Shown here: positions 1 through 9,458 of the stretch, in pieces
How positions within the stretch are numbered: the first letter of the stretch is position 1
Layout: each line of letters opens with the position of its first letter
Source: an uncultured Planctomycetaceae bacterium
GTDB taxonomy: Bacteria > Planctomycetota > Phycisphaerae > Sedimentisphaerales > UBA12454
Reading direction: 5' to 3'
Length of the DNA: 64,000 bases
NCBI GenBank assembly: GCA_964619675.1
Contig: CAZUEO010000009.1
Span: forward strand, 139-64,138
Notes under the pieces: generated by a model
What the model was told of the DNA's origin: nothing
Seen by the model: only the letters and a program-made list of their open reading frames with translations
Databases searched by the model: none
Made by a program: the position numbers and the translations under genes

Positions 1-1
1 G

Positions 2-487
2 TTGCCAAACAAAGTTTTGCTTAAAAAAAATCAAAAAAGTTTTTATCTCGGCTTCTGCCAAAGTTATCCTGATGAGCCGTTGCCTGTTCAATTAAAAATC
101 CCGGGCAGTGTTTGCTTTGCTGACTGGATTATTGAAACCGAAATTTTGTCTGCTGATAAATTCAATATCGAAAAAATCAAAAATGATAAAAATAATTTCA
201 CCGAATGGTTCGACTTTGAACTGATAAAGCCGCCTTTGATTGCTCGATGCAGACAGCAGGCAGATAGATTTAAACCCTTTGGGCTCGGTGTATCCAAAAA
301 GATTGGCAAATTTATAACATCAGCCAAGCTTGATATCGACCTGCGAAAAAAGACTTTTCTTGTCTGTGATAGCGAAAAAATCCTTTGGCTTGTGCCAATA
401 CGAAGAGGCAGCAAAGCTTCAGTAACGAATATTAGCAAATGTTTGTTGCAAATAAAAATAAGAAGCACTCAGAAACAGGATATGTAG
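2..487 (+). CDS. tilS: tRNA(Ile)-lysidine synthetase, C-terminal part (5' end cut by window edge)
   Basis: The ORF runs off the 5' edge. The segment ARCRQQADRFKPFG...KKIGKFITSAKL...ILWLVPIRRG resembles the TilS C-terminal domain. Confidence 0.6.
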   Translation: MPNKVLLKKNQKSFYLGFCQSYPDEPLPVQLKIPGSVCFADWIIETEILSADKFNIEKIKNDKNNFTEWFDFELIKPPLIARCRQQADRFKPFGLGVSKKIGKFITSAKLDIDLRKKTFLVCDSEKILWLVPIRRGSKASVTNISKCLLQIKIRSTQKQDM

Positions 488-539
488 AGTCTGTTTTGTT
501 AATATTTAAAAATTTTTAAAAAATTTTTAAATTTTTCTC

Positions 540-569
540 TTGACAATACCCCCCGATAACCTTTATACT
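540..569 (+). promoter_or_regulatory. sigma70-like promoter for the PEP-CTERM gene
   Basis: TTGACA (540-545), 18-nt spacer, TATACT (564-569). An A/T tract at 501-536 (aaaaatttttaaaaaatttttaaattttt) looks like an UP element. The 647 start has a GGAGGAG SD. Confidence 0.45.
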
Positions 570-646
570 ACGCTCAATTAAAATAACCGTAAATCCTTAA
601 GTATAGACATCTCAGAAAGTTTGGCGCAGGATTTTATGGAGGAGTA

Positions 647-1456
647 ATGAGAAAACAAGGGAAGAAGGGAAGGAGCAACATTAGGGCGGGGGTTGTATGT
701 ACACTTTTAGTTATTGTCTTTACGGCTTCTGCTTTTGGTCAAAATTTTAGTTATACTAATGTAGCTGCTCCGCCAACCGGCGAAGCGAATCATGCTGAAA
801 TCCTTCATAACATTTACGGCGGCACGTTTACCCAGCAAGCGTCATCAGTATCAGGCTTGTTAGTAGACTATGGGAACACCAGTAACATCGTGGCCAGGAG
901 AGTTTACGATTTTGACGATGAGTATGTCACTTTGGATGTACTGACAGATACGCTGGAAGGCAAAGTAGATCAAATCTGGACGGATGGTACCGTAACAGTA
1001 ACAGCAGAAGCAAAATATGCTTGTTACAACCAGTCATTCGGCTGGAATGGAGGTGGGACATCCACTGCAAACTACTACGAATTGCTTACGGATGACGATA
1101 TAGGAAATGGAGCAGCTGTTGTTGGTATTGACGGAGATTTCCTCTGGGGCAGCTGGCCTACCGATGATGATAAATGGTGGGATGAGGAGGGTGGCTACTG
1201 GTGTCCTTGGCCGGAGGAGGAAAAATGGTGGACGTATGAAATCAAGAACAATGATCTTAAAGACCACTTTGTAACGTATAAAATCGAGGGGCTTGGCGGT
1301 GAGGAAACTGTATGGCTGCTGTTCATGGAAGACGTTCATTACTGTCAGTCGGATCACGATTTTAATGATTTTGTAGTTGAGTTGTCAGCAATTCCTGAGC
1401 CGGCGACAATTGCACTATTACTCCTTGGTGGTTTGTTCTTAAGAAGAAAAAGTTAA
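647..1456 (+). CDS. secreted PEP-CTERM sorting-domain protein
   Basis: N-terminal signal peptide (VVCTLLVIVFTASAFG). The C-terminus IPEPATIALLLLGGLFLRRKS has the PEP motif, a TM helix and a basic tail. Confidence 0.8.
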   Translation: MRKQGKKGRSNIRAGVVCTLLVIVFTASAFGQNFSYTNVAAPPTGEANHAEILHNIYGGTFTQQASSVSGLLVDYGNTSNIVARRVYDFDDEYVTLDVLTDTLEGKVDQIWTDGTVTVTAEAKYACYNQSFGWNGGGTSTANYYELLTDDDIGNGAAVVGIDGDFLWGSWPTDDDKWWDEEGGYWCPWPEEEKWWTYEIKNNDLKDHFVTYKIEGLGGEETVWLLFMEDVHYCQSDHDFNDFVVELSAIPEPATIALLLLGGLFLRRKS

Positions 1457-1548
1457 GACTTTAGACGGTTGCTGAAATCAGCACCGATGCACAATATAAA
1501 TGCCCGAATCAGAGGTTCAAAATCCTGATCCGGGTAATTTTTTAATGA

Positions 1549-1818
1549 TACAATTATATCACGCCTGACTTTCCTGCATTTGGAATCATTGAGAATACCG
1601 CTAATGAGATATGGAGCGGCAGCAACGCCTATTATCACAAGTCGCAGGATGCAGGCGATGACTCAGCCGGTGCATTGTACGATTACTCATTTGCGACGGA
1701 CATTGTAAAAGCAACGGTAGCTGTGTTTGCGCAGGAAGCCATCCTGATTCCTGAACCCGCCACAATTCTTTTATTAACTTTTGGCGGTTTGATTCTGCAA
1801 AAATTCCGCAAGCCCTGA
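1549..1818 (+). pseudogene. start-less remnant of a second PEP-CTERM protein
   Basis: Frame 1 is open from the stop at 1546-1548 to TGA 1816-1818 and ends ...AQEAILIPEPATILLLTFGGLILQKFRKP*. It has no ATG or GTG and only a late TTG (1675), and no signal peptide. It is absent from the ORF track. Confidence 0.5.
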
Positions 1819-1917
1819 TTTGTGAATCATTCGCAGGTTTTAAGCTTATCGCACTGCATGCGGCCTGCAAATTCAATATTCAATCCAAAAGTCTATCTGC
1901 TTCCTGTGGATTTCTCC

Positions 1918-1946
1918 TTGACATTCCCCTGCCCTATCTCTAAAAT
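1918..1946 (+). promoter_or_regulatory. sigma70-like promoter for gap-pgk-rpe
   Basis: TTGACA (1918-1923), 17-nt spacer, TAAAAT (1941-1946), about 85 nt upstream of the gap start. Confidence 0.5.
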
Positions 1947-2031
1947 CCCTGTTCCGTAAATTTTGTAATCTGGCGGGTAAACACCCTGTCAACTTAACTT
2001 TAACTCTTATAATATGTTAAGGAGGCTCTAA

Positions 2032-3060
2032 ATGGCGACCAAAGTTGGTATTAACGGTTTCGGCAGGATAGGCCGGGCGGTGGCGAGAATCCTGATGGAA
2101 AAAAAGACAGGTCTTGAGCTGGTAGCGGTAAATGACCTGACAGACGCCAAGACAAATGCCCATATGTTCAAATACGACAGTGCAATGGGCACTTGGGGCG
2201 GCACAATAAGCGCAGCGGAAGATTCGCTGGTTATCAACGGGAAAAAAATAAAGGTACTTTCCGTAAAGAATCCCGCGGAACTGCCGTGGAGGGATATGGG
2301 CGTTGACATTGTCGTCGAGTCCACAGGCATTTTCAGGGATCGCGAATCGGCAAAAGGCGGTTATGGCGACCACATCAAAGCGGGCGCAAAAAAAGTTCTA
2401 CTGACAGTTCCGGCCAAGGATGAAATCGACCTGACAATGGTAATGGGCGTCAACGATAATATGCTGAAACCCGAACACAATTGTGTTTCAAATGCAAGCT
2501 GCACGACAAACTGCCTCGCTCCTCCTGCAAAGGTAATCCACGAGGTCTTCGGTATTGAAAAAGGTTTTATGACTACGGTTCATGCCTATACCAACGACCA
2601 GCATGTGGCCGACCTTTTCCACAAAGACCTGCGGCGCGCACGTGCAGCAGCGGTAAATATCATCCCGACCACGACAGGCGCCGCAAGAGCGGTTGGGAAA
2701 GTCATACCCGACCTGAACGGCAAGCTCGACGGCTTTGCGCTTCGTGTGCCGGTGCTCGTAGGCAGTGTGGTTGACCTTGTAGTGGAGTTGAAAAAGGAAG
2801 TTACGATTGAGGAAGTCAACGCTGCTGTAAAGAAAGCTGCCGAAGGCCCGATGAAAGGCATATTGATTTACTGTGACGAGCCGATAGTCAGCAGCGATGT
2901 TATTATGAATCCCGCTTCGAGCGTCTTTGATGCGCTGAGCACAATGACCATTCCGAAAGGCAAGGGAAAAATGATTAAGGTCGTGAGCTGGTATGACAAC
3001 GAATGGGGCTATTCAAACCGCACTGTTGATATAATGGAAAGACTTGCAAAGATGCTGTAA
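2032..3060 (+). CDS. gap: glyceraldehyde-3-phosphate dehydrogenase
   Basis: [12 protein letters not shown]-binding motif, [12 protein letters not shown] catalytic-Cys motif, WYDNEWGYS near the C-terminus. AGGAGG SD. Confidence 0.95.
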   Translation: MATKVGINGFGRIGRAVARILMEKKTGLELVAVNDLTDAKTNAHMFKYDSAMGTWGGTISAAEDSLVINGKKIKVLSVKNPAELPWRDMGVDIVVESTGIFRDRESAKGGYGDHIKAGAKKVLLTVPAKDEIDLTMVMGVNDNMLKPEHNCVSNASCTTNCLAPPAKVIHEVFGIEKGFMTTVHAYTNDQHVADLFHKDLRRARAAAVNIIPTTTGAARAVGKVIPDLNGKLDGFALRVPVLVGSVVDLVVELKKEVTIEEVNAAVKKAAEGPMKGILIYCDEPIVSSDVIMNPASSVFDALSTMTIPKGKGKMIKVVSWYDNEWGYSNRTVDIMERLAKML

Positions 3061-3070
3061 CCTGTTCTTA

Positions 3071-3109
3071 AAAGGCCTGTTTTTTACACAAAGCAGGCCT
3101 TTATTTTTT
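3071..3109 (+). terminator. rho-independent terminator after gap
   Basis: Stem AAAGGCCTG (3071-3079) pairs with CAGGCCTTT (3094-3102), followed by a T-run at 3104-3109. Confidence 0.7.
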
Positions 3110-3141
3110 ATTGTCTTTCTTGTTGATGTGGAGATTTAAAA

Positions 3142-4380
3142 ATGGCAAAGAAAACCGTGGCCGACATAGACGTAAACGGCAAGAAGGTGCTGATGCGGGT
3201 CGATTTCAACGTGCCATTGGATGAAAACCGCAATATTACCAGCGACGCCAGAATCGTCGCGGCACTGCCGACAATAAAGACAATCCTCGATAAAGGCGGC
3301 TGTGTAATACTGATGAGCCATCTCGGCAGGCCGGATGGCGAAAGAAAACCTGAATTCTCGCTGGCGCCGGTCGCTAAAAAATTGGGCGAACTTCTGAATA
3401 AAAACGTTATCTTCGCAAACGACTGCATCGGACAAGAAGTAAAACAAAAAGCAGCAGCACTCAGGCCCGGAGACATTATGCTGCTCGAAAATGTCAGATT
3501 CCATAAAGAAGAAGAAATAAAAGATAAAAAAGCAGTTGAAGACCCCAAACTGCGAAAAGCAAAAGACGACTTCGCAAGACAACTGGCAGAACTCGGCGAC
3601 GTATATGTCGATGATGCATTCGGAACCACGCACCGCGATAACGCATCAATGTACACCGTGCCGGAGATGATGAAAGGGAAAGATAAAGTCATCGGATTCC
3701 TCGTCGAAAAAGAACTCAAATTTTTAGGCGACGCCCTGAACAATCCGAAAAAGCCGTTTGTTGCCATATTAGGCGGAGCAAAAATATCCGATAAACTGAA
3801 AGTCATCGAAAACCTTATGAAAAAAGTGGACTGTATCCTCATTGGCGGAGCTATGGCCTATACCTTCTTTAAAGCTCAGGGATATACAGTCGGGGACAGC
3901 CTGTGCGAAAATGACTTCATCGATAAGGCAAAAGAACTTATGGCCTTAGCACAAAAAGGCGGATGCGAATTAGTGCTGCCGCTCGATAACGTCATCGTGC
4001 AGAAAATTGAGGCCAACGCAGCAAGTCAAATATCAGATGATAATATCCCTGCCGGCTGGCATGGAGTCGATATAGGGCCTGAAACGATGACACTATTCGT
4101 TAAAAAGCTCGAAGGGGCCAAAACAGTCGTATGGAACGGACCAATGGGCATATTTGAGATGCCGCCATTCGATGCAGGCACAAAAGCAGTGGCCCAGGCA
4201 GTGGCAAAAGCTACCGGTGCGGGCGCGGTAAGCGTTATCGGAGGCGGCGACAGCGTAAGCGCCATTAAAAAGCTGGGCCTTTCAAAACGAGTCAGCCATA
4301 TATCAACAGGCGGTGGAGCAAGCCTTGAGTTTATGGAAGGCAGAAAATTCAAGTGCCTGGAAATACTTGATGAAAAATAG
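3142..4380 (+). CDS. pgk: phosphoglycerate kinase
   Basis: RVDFNVP N-terminal motif, GGAKISDK, VIGGGDS, STGGGASLEF. Full length, 412 aa. Confidence 0.95.
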   Translation: MAKKTVADIDVNGKKVLMRVDFNVPLDENRNITSDARIVAALPTIKTILDKGGCVILMSHLGRPDGERKPEFSLAPVAKKLGELLNKNVIFANDCIGQEVKQKAAALRPGDIMLLENVRFHKEEEIKDKKAVEDPKLRKAKDDFARQLAELGDVYVDDAFGTTHRDNASMYTVPEMMKGKDKVIGFLVEKELKFLGDALNNPKKPFVAILGGAKISDKLKVIENLMKKVDCILIGGAMAYTFFKAQGYTVGDSLCENDFIDKAKELMALAQKGGCELVLPLDNVIVQKIEANAASQISDDNIPAGWHGVDIGPETMTLFVKKLEGAKTVVWNGPMGIFEMPPFDAGTKAVAQAVAKATGAGAVSVIGGGDSVSAIKKLGLSKRVSHISTGGGASLEFMEGRKFKCLEILDEK

Positions 4381-5044
4381 ACGTTTGCCACAAGCTGATA
4401 CAATTGAGGTTGTGCCGTCAGTATTGAGCGCGGACTTTGCTCATCTTGCAGATGAAATCGCCCAAATCGAACGGGCAGGCGTAAAAATGGTACACCTTGA
4501 CGTTATGGACGGGCATTTTGTGCCAAACATAACTATCGGCCCGCCTGTTATCGAAAAATTGCGAAAATATTCCAAACTCGTATTCGACAGCCATCTGATG
4601 ATTAGCGAGCCGGAAAAATATGCCGATGAATTTATAAAGGCAGGCGTTGACCATATTACCTTCCATATCGAGGTAGTACCCCGGCCAGAAGATTTCATAA
4701 AAAAATTACACAATGCCGGCATAACAGCAGGAATCTGCCTTAACCCTGAAACGCCTGTGTCAAAAATAGAAAAATACGCGCGATTAGCAGATATGATTCT
4801 GGTAATGACAGTTCATCCAGGTTTCGGCGGACAACATTTTATCCAGGAAGCCGCTGATAAGATTAAACCTATTCGCCAAATCGTGGGGCCAAATATACGC
4901 ATCGAGGTTGACGGCGGGATTGACCCCGATACTACGCCAATTGTAACCGGATTAGGAGCAGATACACTCGTTGCAGGCTATGCAATATTCGCCAAGCCAG
5001 ACCGCCTGCAGGCAATAGAAGCTATACGCAACGCCTGCAGATAA
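4370..5044 (+). CDS. rpe: ribulose-phosphate 3-epimerase
   Basis: VPSVLSADF, HLDVMDGHFVPN, MTVHPGFGGQ, VDGGI motifs. I chose the start at ATG 4370 (MKNRRL...), which overlaps the pgk stop by 11 nt. The longer 4313 ORF start lies inside pgk. Confidence 0.9.
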   Translation: MKNRRLPQADTIEVVPSVLSADFAHLADEIAQIERAGVKMVHLDVMDGHFVPNITIGPPVIEKLRKYSKLVFDSHLMISEPEKYADEFIKAGVDHITFHIEVVPRPEDFIKKLHNAGITAGICLNPETPVSKIEKYARLADMILVMTVHPGFGGQHFIQEAADKIKPIRQIVGPNIRIEVDGGIDPDTTPIVTGLGADTLVAGYAIFAKPDRLQAIEAIRNACR

Positions 5045-5172
5045 TCGCCGCAGAGGATAAATCGTACCTGCGGCGGATAAATCCGAAAAAGGGACAAATT
5101 ACAGCAAAACCAAAAGTTTTAATAAACCTTGCTGCTCAGCCAGAGAGGCAAATCGAAATGGAGGTCACAGTT

Positions 5173-6318
5173 ATGAAACGGATTGTTTTTGCAATTCTAA
5201 TTATCACGGTTGTATTCTCAATTGCCAATGCCAAATACTCAGGCGGCTCGGGCACTTCCAACGACCCCTACCTGATATCCACAGCCGAAGATATGAACCA
5301 AATCGGAGACAACTCCGCCGACTGGGACAAGCACTTTAAACTGACGGCTGATATAAACCTCAGCAATTATACCGGTACAGAATTCAGTCGTATCGGCACC
5401 AGTACTGTACCATTCAACGGCGTATTTAACGGTGACGGCCATACGATTTGGAGCTTTACATATACGGCAGAAAACAGCGACTACATCGGTATTTTCAGTA
5501 CCGTAGGCGGCTCAGGAAAAATCGAAGATATTTTCATTGCAGACGTAAATATAAGCGGCCGCGATTACATCGGCGGGCTGGCAGGATACAACGAAGGAAC
5601 CATCGACAACTGCAGTTCGACAGGTAAAATTACCGGCGGGAGCAGTTTGCGAAATATTGGCGGACTGGTGGGAGAAAATTGGGGTAATATCAGTAACTGT
5701 TATTCAGCGGCTGCGGTGGCTGGCGGCGAGTGGACAGGCTACATCGGCGGATTGATAGGGGAAAACTACGGAGACCTCAGCAATTGCTACGCAATAGGCA
5801 GCGTCAGCGGTGGAGATTTTTCATACAATATCGGCGGACTGACAGGAGAAAATAGCTCCGGCACCATCAGCAACTGTTATGCAGCAGGCAGCGTCAACGG
5901 CGGAGATTTTTCATACAACCTTGGCGGATTGACAGGAGAAAACTATAGCACCATCAGCAATTGCTATTTTCTTAATAGCGAACCGAATAACGGCTACGGA
6001 GAACCATTGACAGATGAACAAATGAAACAACAGAGTAGTTTTGTCGGCTGGGACTTTGTCTGGGAAATCGTTAACGGGCCGAATGATATCTGGGCGATGT
6101 GCGAAGGAGTCTGCTATCCCAAGCTTGCCTGGCAGTTTATGCCGGGCGACTGTGATAACGATAAGGATGTTGATTTCCTCGATTTTGCCCGGCTGGCTCT
6201 GAATTGGTCGCAGGCCGACCCAAACGTTTACTGCGGCGGAACAGACCTCACCGGCAACGGCTGGATCGATTACAACGACCTGGTAATAATGTGCAGCCAC
6301 TGGCTGGAGGGTGCATAA
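5173..6318 (+). CDS. secreted GLUG-repeat protein with C-terminal dockerin/EF-hand-like module
   Basis: GGAGG SD 8 nt before ATG 5173. Signal peptide MKRIVFAILIITVVFSIANA. Repeated IGGL(V/I/T)GEN(Y/W)G..SNCY units. C-terminal DCDNDKDVDFLDF and DLTGNGWIDYNDL. Confidence 0.75.
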   Translation: MKRIVFAILIITVVFSIANAKYSGGSGTSNDPYLISTAEDMNQIGDNSADWDKHFKLTADINLSNYTGTEFSRIGTSTVPFNGVFNGDGHTIWSFTYTAENSDYIGIFSTVGGSGKIEDIFIADVNISGRDYIGGLAGYNEGTIDNCSSTGKITGGSSLRNIGGLVGENWGNISNCYSAAAVAGGEWTGYIGGLIGENYGDLSNCYAIGSVSGGDFSYNIGGLTGENSSGTISNCYAAGSVNGGDFSYNLGGLTGENYSTISNCYFLNSEPNNGYGEPLTDEQMKQQSSFVGWDFVWEIVNGPNDIWAMCEGVCYPKLAWQFMPGDCDNDKDVDFLDFARLALNWSQADPNVYCGGTDLTGNGWIDYNDLVIMCSHWLEGA

Positions 6319-6370
6319 ATAAAACTCGATTCAGTTCTGCACTTCTGGTATAATCAGCCCTGCCTTATTT

Positions 6371-7243
6371 ATGAGCATAATAAAAACAATGGCAAAACAG
6401 TCAAAATCACAATGGGAGGGCTTTAGCTTAAAGCCGAGGAAGGAAATGCCTGAAGGGCTATGGCTTAAATGCCCGGGCTGCGAGAAACTCCTCTTTAAAA
6501 AAGCAGTCGAGGAAAATCTAAATGTTTGTCCTGAATGTGACTACCATTTCCGCATTGGAGCCGACAAAAGATTGAAATACCTCGTCGATAAAGGCTCATT
6601 CGAGCAGATTCTGACCGGAATGGTTACGGCAGACCCGCTGGAATTCAAGTTCAGGGGAACCACATATAAAGACAGAGCAAAGGCCGCTGAAAAGGTCTCG
6701 GCAGGCAAAGAGGCTATGCTCATCGGCAAGGCCTTTATCAAAGGCAGAGGCCTGATGCTGGCGGTAATGGATTTTAATTACCTAGGTGGCTCAATGGGAG
6801 CCGTAGTCGGTGAAAAATTGTGTACCGCTATTGAAAAGGCAATGGAAAACTCGCTGCCGCTGGTAGTGGTAAGCTCGACAGGCGGGGCAAGAATGCACGA
6901 AGGCGTCGTCTCTTTGGGGCAGATGGCTAAAACAAGCGCTGCCTTGGCCAAGTTTGATGACCAGGAAGGTCTTTTTATATCAGTCCTGACTGATCCGACC
7001 ACTGGCGGGGTTACGGCCAGCTTTGCAATGTTGGGTGATGTTATCATAGCTGAGCCGGGGGCATTGATAGGTTTTGCAGGGCCGAGAACAATCTATGAAA
7101 CCATCAAGGTCGAACTGCCTGAAGGCTTCCAAAGGGCTGAATTTCTGCTTGAACACGGCTTCGTCGATATGATTGTACGCCGCAAAGACTTACGAAGCGA
7201 AATAGCCCGGCTGATTGACTACTGCGGGAAAAACCTAGCGTAA
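6371..7243 (+). CDS. accD: acetyl-CoA carboxylase carboxyltransferase beta subunit
   Basis: N-terminal zinc ribbon CPGC...CPEC, and carboxyltransferase core LGGSMG / TGGARMHEG. Confidence 0.9.
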   Translation: MSIIKTMAKQSKSQWEGFSLKPRKEMPEGLWLKCPGCEKLLFKKAVEENLNVCPECDYHFRIGADKRLKYLVDKGSFEQILTGMVTADPLEFKFRGTTYKDRAKAAEKVSAGKEAMLIGKAFIKGRGLMLAVMDFNYLGGSMGAVVGEKLCTAIEKAMENSLPLVVVSSTGGARMHEGVVSLGQMAKTSAALAKFDDQEGLFISVLTDPTTGGVTASFAMLGDVIIAEPGALIGFAGPRTIYETIKVELPEGFQRAEFLLEHGFVDMIVRRKDLRSEIARLIDYCGKNLA

Positions 7244-7301
7244 AAACCCAAACAAAAATCATACTTTGCAATCCACACTTTTGTCCGTATAATTCCCAAC
7301 T

Positions 7302-8351
7302 ATGGGTTATTTCCGTGAAAATGTGGAAAAAATGACAGGTTACGAGCCGGGCTTTCAGCCATCTGAAACAGATATAATCAAGCTCAATACCAATGAAAAT
7401 CCATACCCGCCAAGCCCAAAAGCAACAGAGGCGATAAAGAATATAAGTCCTGCAGAGCTAAGGAGATACCCGCAGCCAATGGCGGATAGTTTCAGAGAGA
7501 CGGCAGGTAAAATTTTAGGTGTGCAGCCGAAAAATATTATCTGCGTCAACGGCGGCGATGAATTACTGAACATCGCAATAAGAGCATTCTGCGATGAGAA
7601 ACGAGCCGTTGCTTATCCTGCGCCGACATACTCGCTTTATCCTGTGCTGGCACAAATGGCAAACTGCCCTGCCGTCGAGATTCCGTTCGATAAGGAATTT
7701 AACCTGCCGGCAAAACTGGCCTCAAGCGGCGCGGCATTAACAGTCGTCTGCAATCCAAATGCGCCAAGCGGAACATTCATACCAAAAGAAGAATTGTCGC
7801 AGCTTGCAGAAGAAATAAAGGGAATACTTCTGATTGACGAGGCTTATGTCGATTTTGCAGAAGATAACTGCCTTGAGCTTGTAAAAAAATTCGACAATGT
7901 GATTATCCTTCGCACGATGAGCAAAGGCTATTCGCTGGCAGGTCTGCGATTCGGATTCGGCATCGCAAATGAAGAAATAATAAACGGCCTGATGAAACTT
8001 AAAGATTCCTATAACGTCGATGCTGTTGCGATTGCCGCTGCGACGGCTGCGATACAGGACCAGCAGTATTTCAAAAATAATATTCAAAAAATCAAGATAG
8101 AGCGAAAGTTCATGACGGAAAGATTAACGGAGCTCGGATTTGAAGTGCCCGCAAGCCAGGCAAATTTTGTGCTTGCAAAACCCTCAAAAGCCAGAGCTAT
8201 CGATATCTATGAAAAACTCAAGGACAGAAACATATACGTCCGATACTGGGCATATCCCGATATAAAAGATAAGCTGAGAATTACGGTTGGGACCGGCGAG
8301 CAGAATGAAAAACTTATTGACGCATTAAAGGAAATTTTGGCCGAGGGATAA
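7302..8351 (+). CDS. hisC: histidinol-phosphate aminotransferase
   Basis: LNTNENPYPPSP, NPNAPSG, and the TMSKGYSLAGLRFG PLP-lysine motif. Confidence 0.9.
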   Translation: MGYFRENVEKMTGYEPGFQPSETDIIKLNTNENPYPPSPKATEAIKNISPAELRRYPQPMADSFRETAGKILGVQPKNIICVNGGDELLNIAIRAFCDEKRAVAYPAPTYSLYPVLAQMANCPAVEIPFDKEFNLPAKLASSGAALTVVCNPNAPSGTFIPKEELSQLAEEIKGILLIDEAYVDFAEDNCLELVKKFDNVIILRTMSKGYSLAGLRFGFGIANEEIINGLMKLKDSYNVDAVAIAAATAAIQDQQYFKNNIQKIKIERKFMTERLTELGFEVPASQANFVLAKPSKARAIDIYEKLKDRNIYVRYWAYPDIKDKLRITVGTGEQNEKLIDALKEILAEG

Positions 8352-8354
8352 AAA

Positions 8355-8939
8355 ATGGCTGACAGAAAGGCAAAAGTAACAAGAAAAACAAAGGAAACGG
8401 ATATTAGCATTCAAATTAACCTCGACGGCGAAGGCAGATACGAAATCGACACCGGCATAGGCTTTCTGGACCATATGCTCTGCCATCTTGGCAAACATAG
8501 CAAAATCGACCTGATTCTAAAGGCCAAGGGAGACCTTGAAGTTGACCAGCATCATACCGTCGAAGACGTTGCAATATGCCTGGGAGAAGCACTCGTCGAG
8601 GCGCTTGGCGATAAAAAAGGCATCGCCCGCTACGGCAACAGCTCTGTGCCGATGGAAGATGCACTTGCAAATGTCGCTGTTGACCTGTCGGGCAGGCCCT
8701 TCTGCGTTTACAACGTTGAGTACAGAACGGAAAAGGTCGGCGATTTTGATGTTGAGTGCGTCGAAGAACTGCTCAGGAGCTTTGCAAATAATGGTAAATT
8801 CAACCTGCATATAACCGTGCCGCACGGCACAAACAGTCATCATATTGCAGAAGCAATTTTCAAGGCCCTTGGCCAGGCACTCGGACAGGCTGTTAAACTT
8901 ACCGGCAAAGATATTCCAAGCACGAAGGGAACGCTTTGA
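8355..8939 (+). CDS. hisB: imidazoleglycerol-phosphate dehydratase
   Basis: GIGFLDHML, DQHHTVEDVAI, NSHHIAEAIFKA motifs. Confidence 0.92.
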   Translation: MADRKAKVTRKTKETDISIQINLDGEGRYEIDTGIGFLDHMLCHLGKHSKIDLILKAKGDLEVDQHHTVEDVAICLGEALVEALGDKKGIARYGNSSVPMEDALANVAVDLSGRPFCVYNVEYRTEKVGDFDVECVEELLRSFANNGKFNLHITVPHGTNSHHIAEAIFKALGQALGQAVKLTGKDIPSTKGTL

Positions 8940-9448
8940 ACGGCGATTTAAACTACGAATACAGAACGGGCATAGGTACCGACATTCACCGTCTTGTCGA
9001 GGGTAAGGCATTGAAACTCGGCGGAATACTCATTCCATTTGAAAAAGGCCTGCTCGCCCACAGCGATGGTGACGTCGCCCTGCATGCCCTGATAGATGCA
9101 ATCGCGGGAGCAGCGGGACTTGGCGATATCGGAATGCTCTTTCCCGACAGTGACCCACAATTTAAAGATATTGACAGCAAAGAACTTGTTCTGAAGATTA
9201 AAAATTACATAATCGACAAAAACTGGGAAGTAGTCAACGCTGATATCATAATCACTGCTGAAGAACCAAAACTGGGGCCGTATAAAGCACAAATGAAAAG
9301 ATGTATCGCTTCTCTTTTAGAAATCGATTTTCTTAATGTAAATGTAAAGGCAAAAACCAATGAAGGGCTCGGCGATACAGGAGCAGGCCTTGCAATGTCG
9401 GCAATAGCAACGGTGCTTTTGCGAAGAAGAATTAAAAAGGCACTATAA
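8936..9448 (+). CDS. ispF: 2-C-methyl-D-erythritol 2,4-cyclodiphosphate synthase
   Basis: GIGTDIHRL and HSDGDVALHALIDAI motifs. 4-nt overlap with hisB. Confidence 0.92.
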   Translation: MNGDLNYEYRTGIGTDIHRLVEGKALKLGGILIPFEKGLLAHSDGDVALHALIDAIAGAAGLGDIGMLFPDSDPQFKDIDSKELVLKIKNYIIDKNWEVVNADIIITAEEPKLGPYKAQMKRCIASLLEIDFLNVNVKAKTNEGLGDTGAGLAMSAIATVLLRRRIKKAL

Positions 9449-9458
9449 GGAAAAGTAA

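Noticed and set aside
3108-3842. 244-aa minus-strand ORF (and 3136..3633) antisense to pgk
   Set aside because: It lies entirely inside the strongly supported pgk CDS. The Ser/Phe-rich low-complexity translation is typical of antisense frames. The same reasoning applies to the other antisense ORFs in the track, for example 88..468, 2017..2373, 8517..9011, 13186..13623, 35978..36808, 38347..38900, 55392..55844 and 58433..59254.
4313-4369. N-terminal extension of rpe (MEQALSLWKAENSS...)
   Set aside because: The extension lies within the pgk coding region in another frame. Conserved epimerase sequence begins just after ATG 4370.
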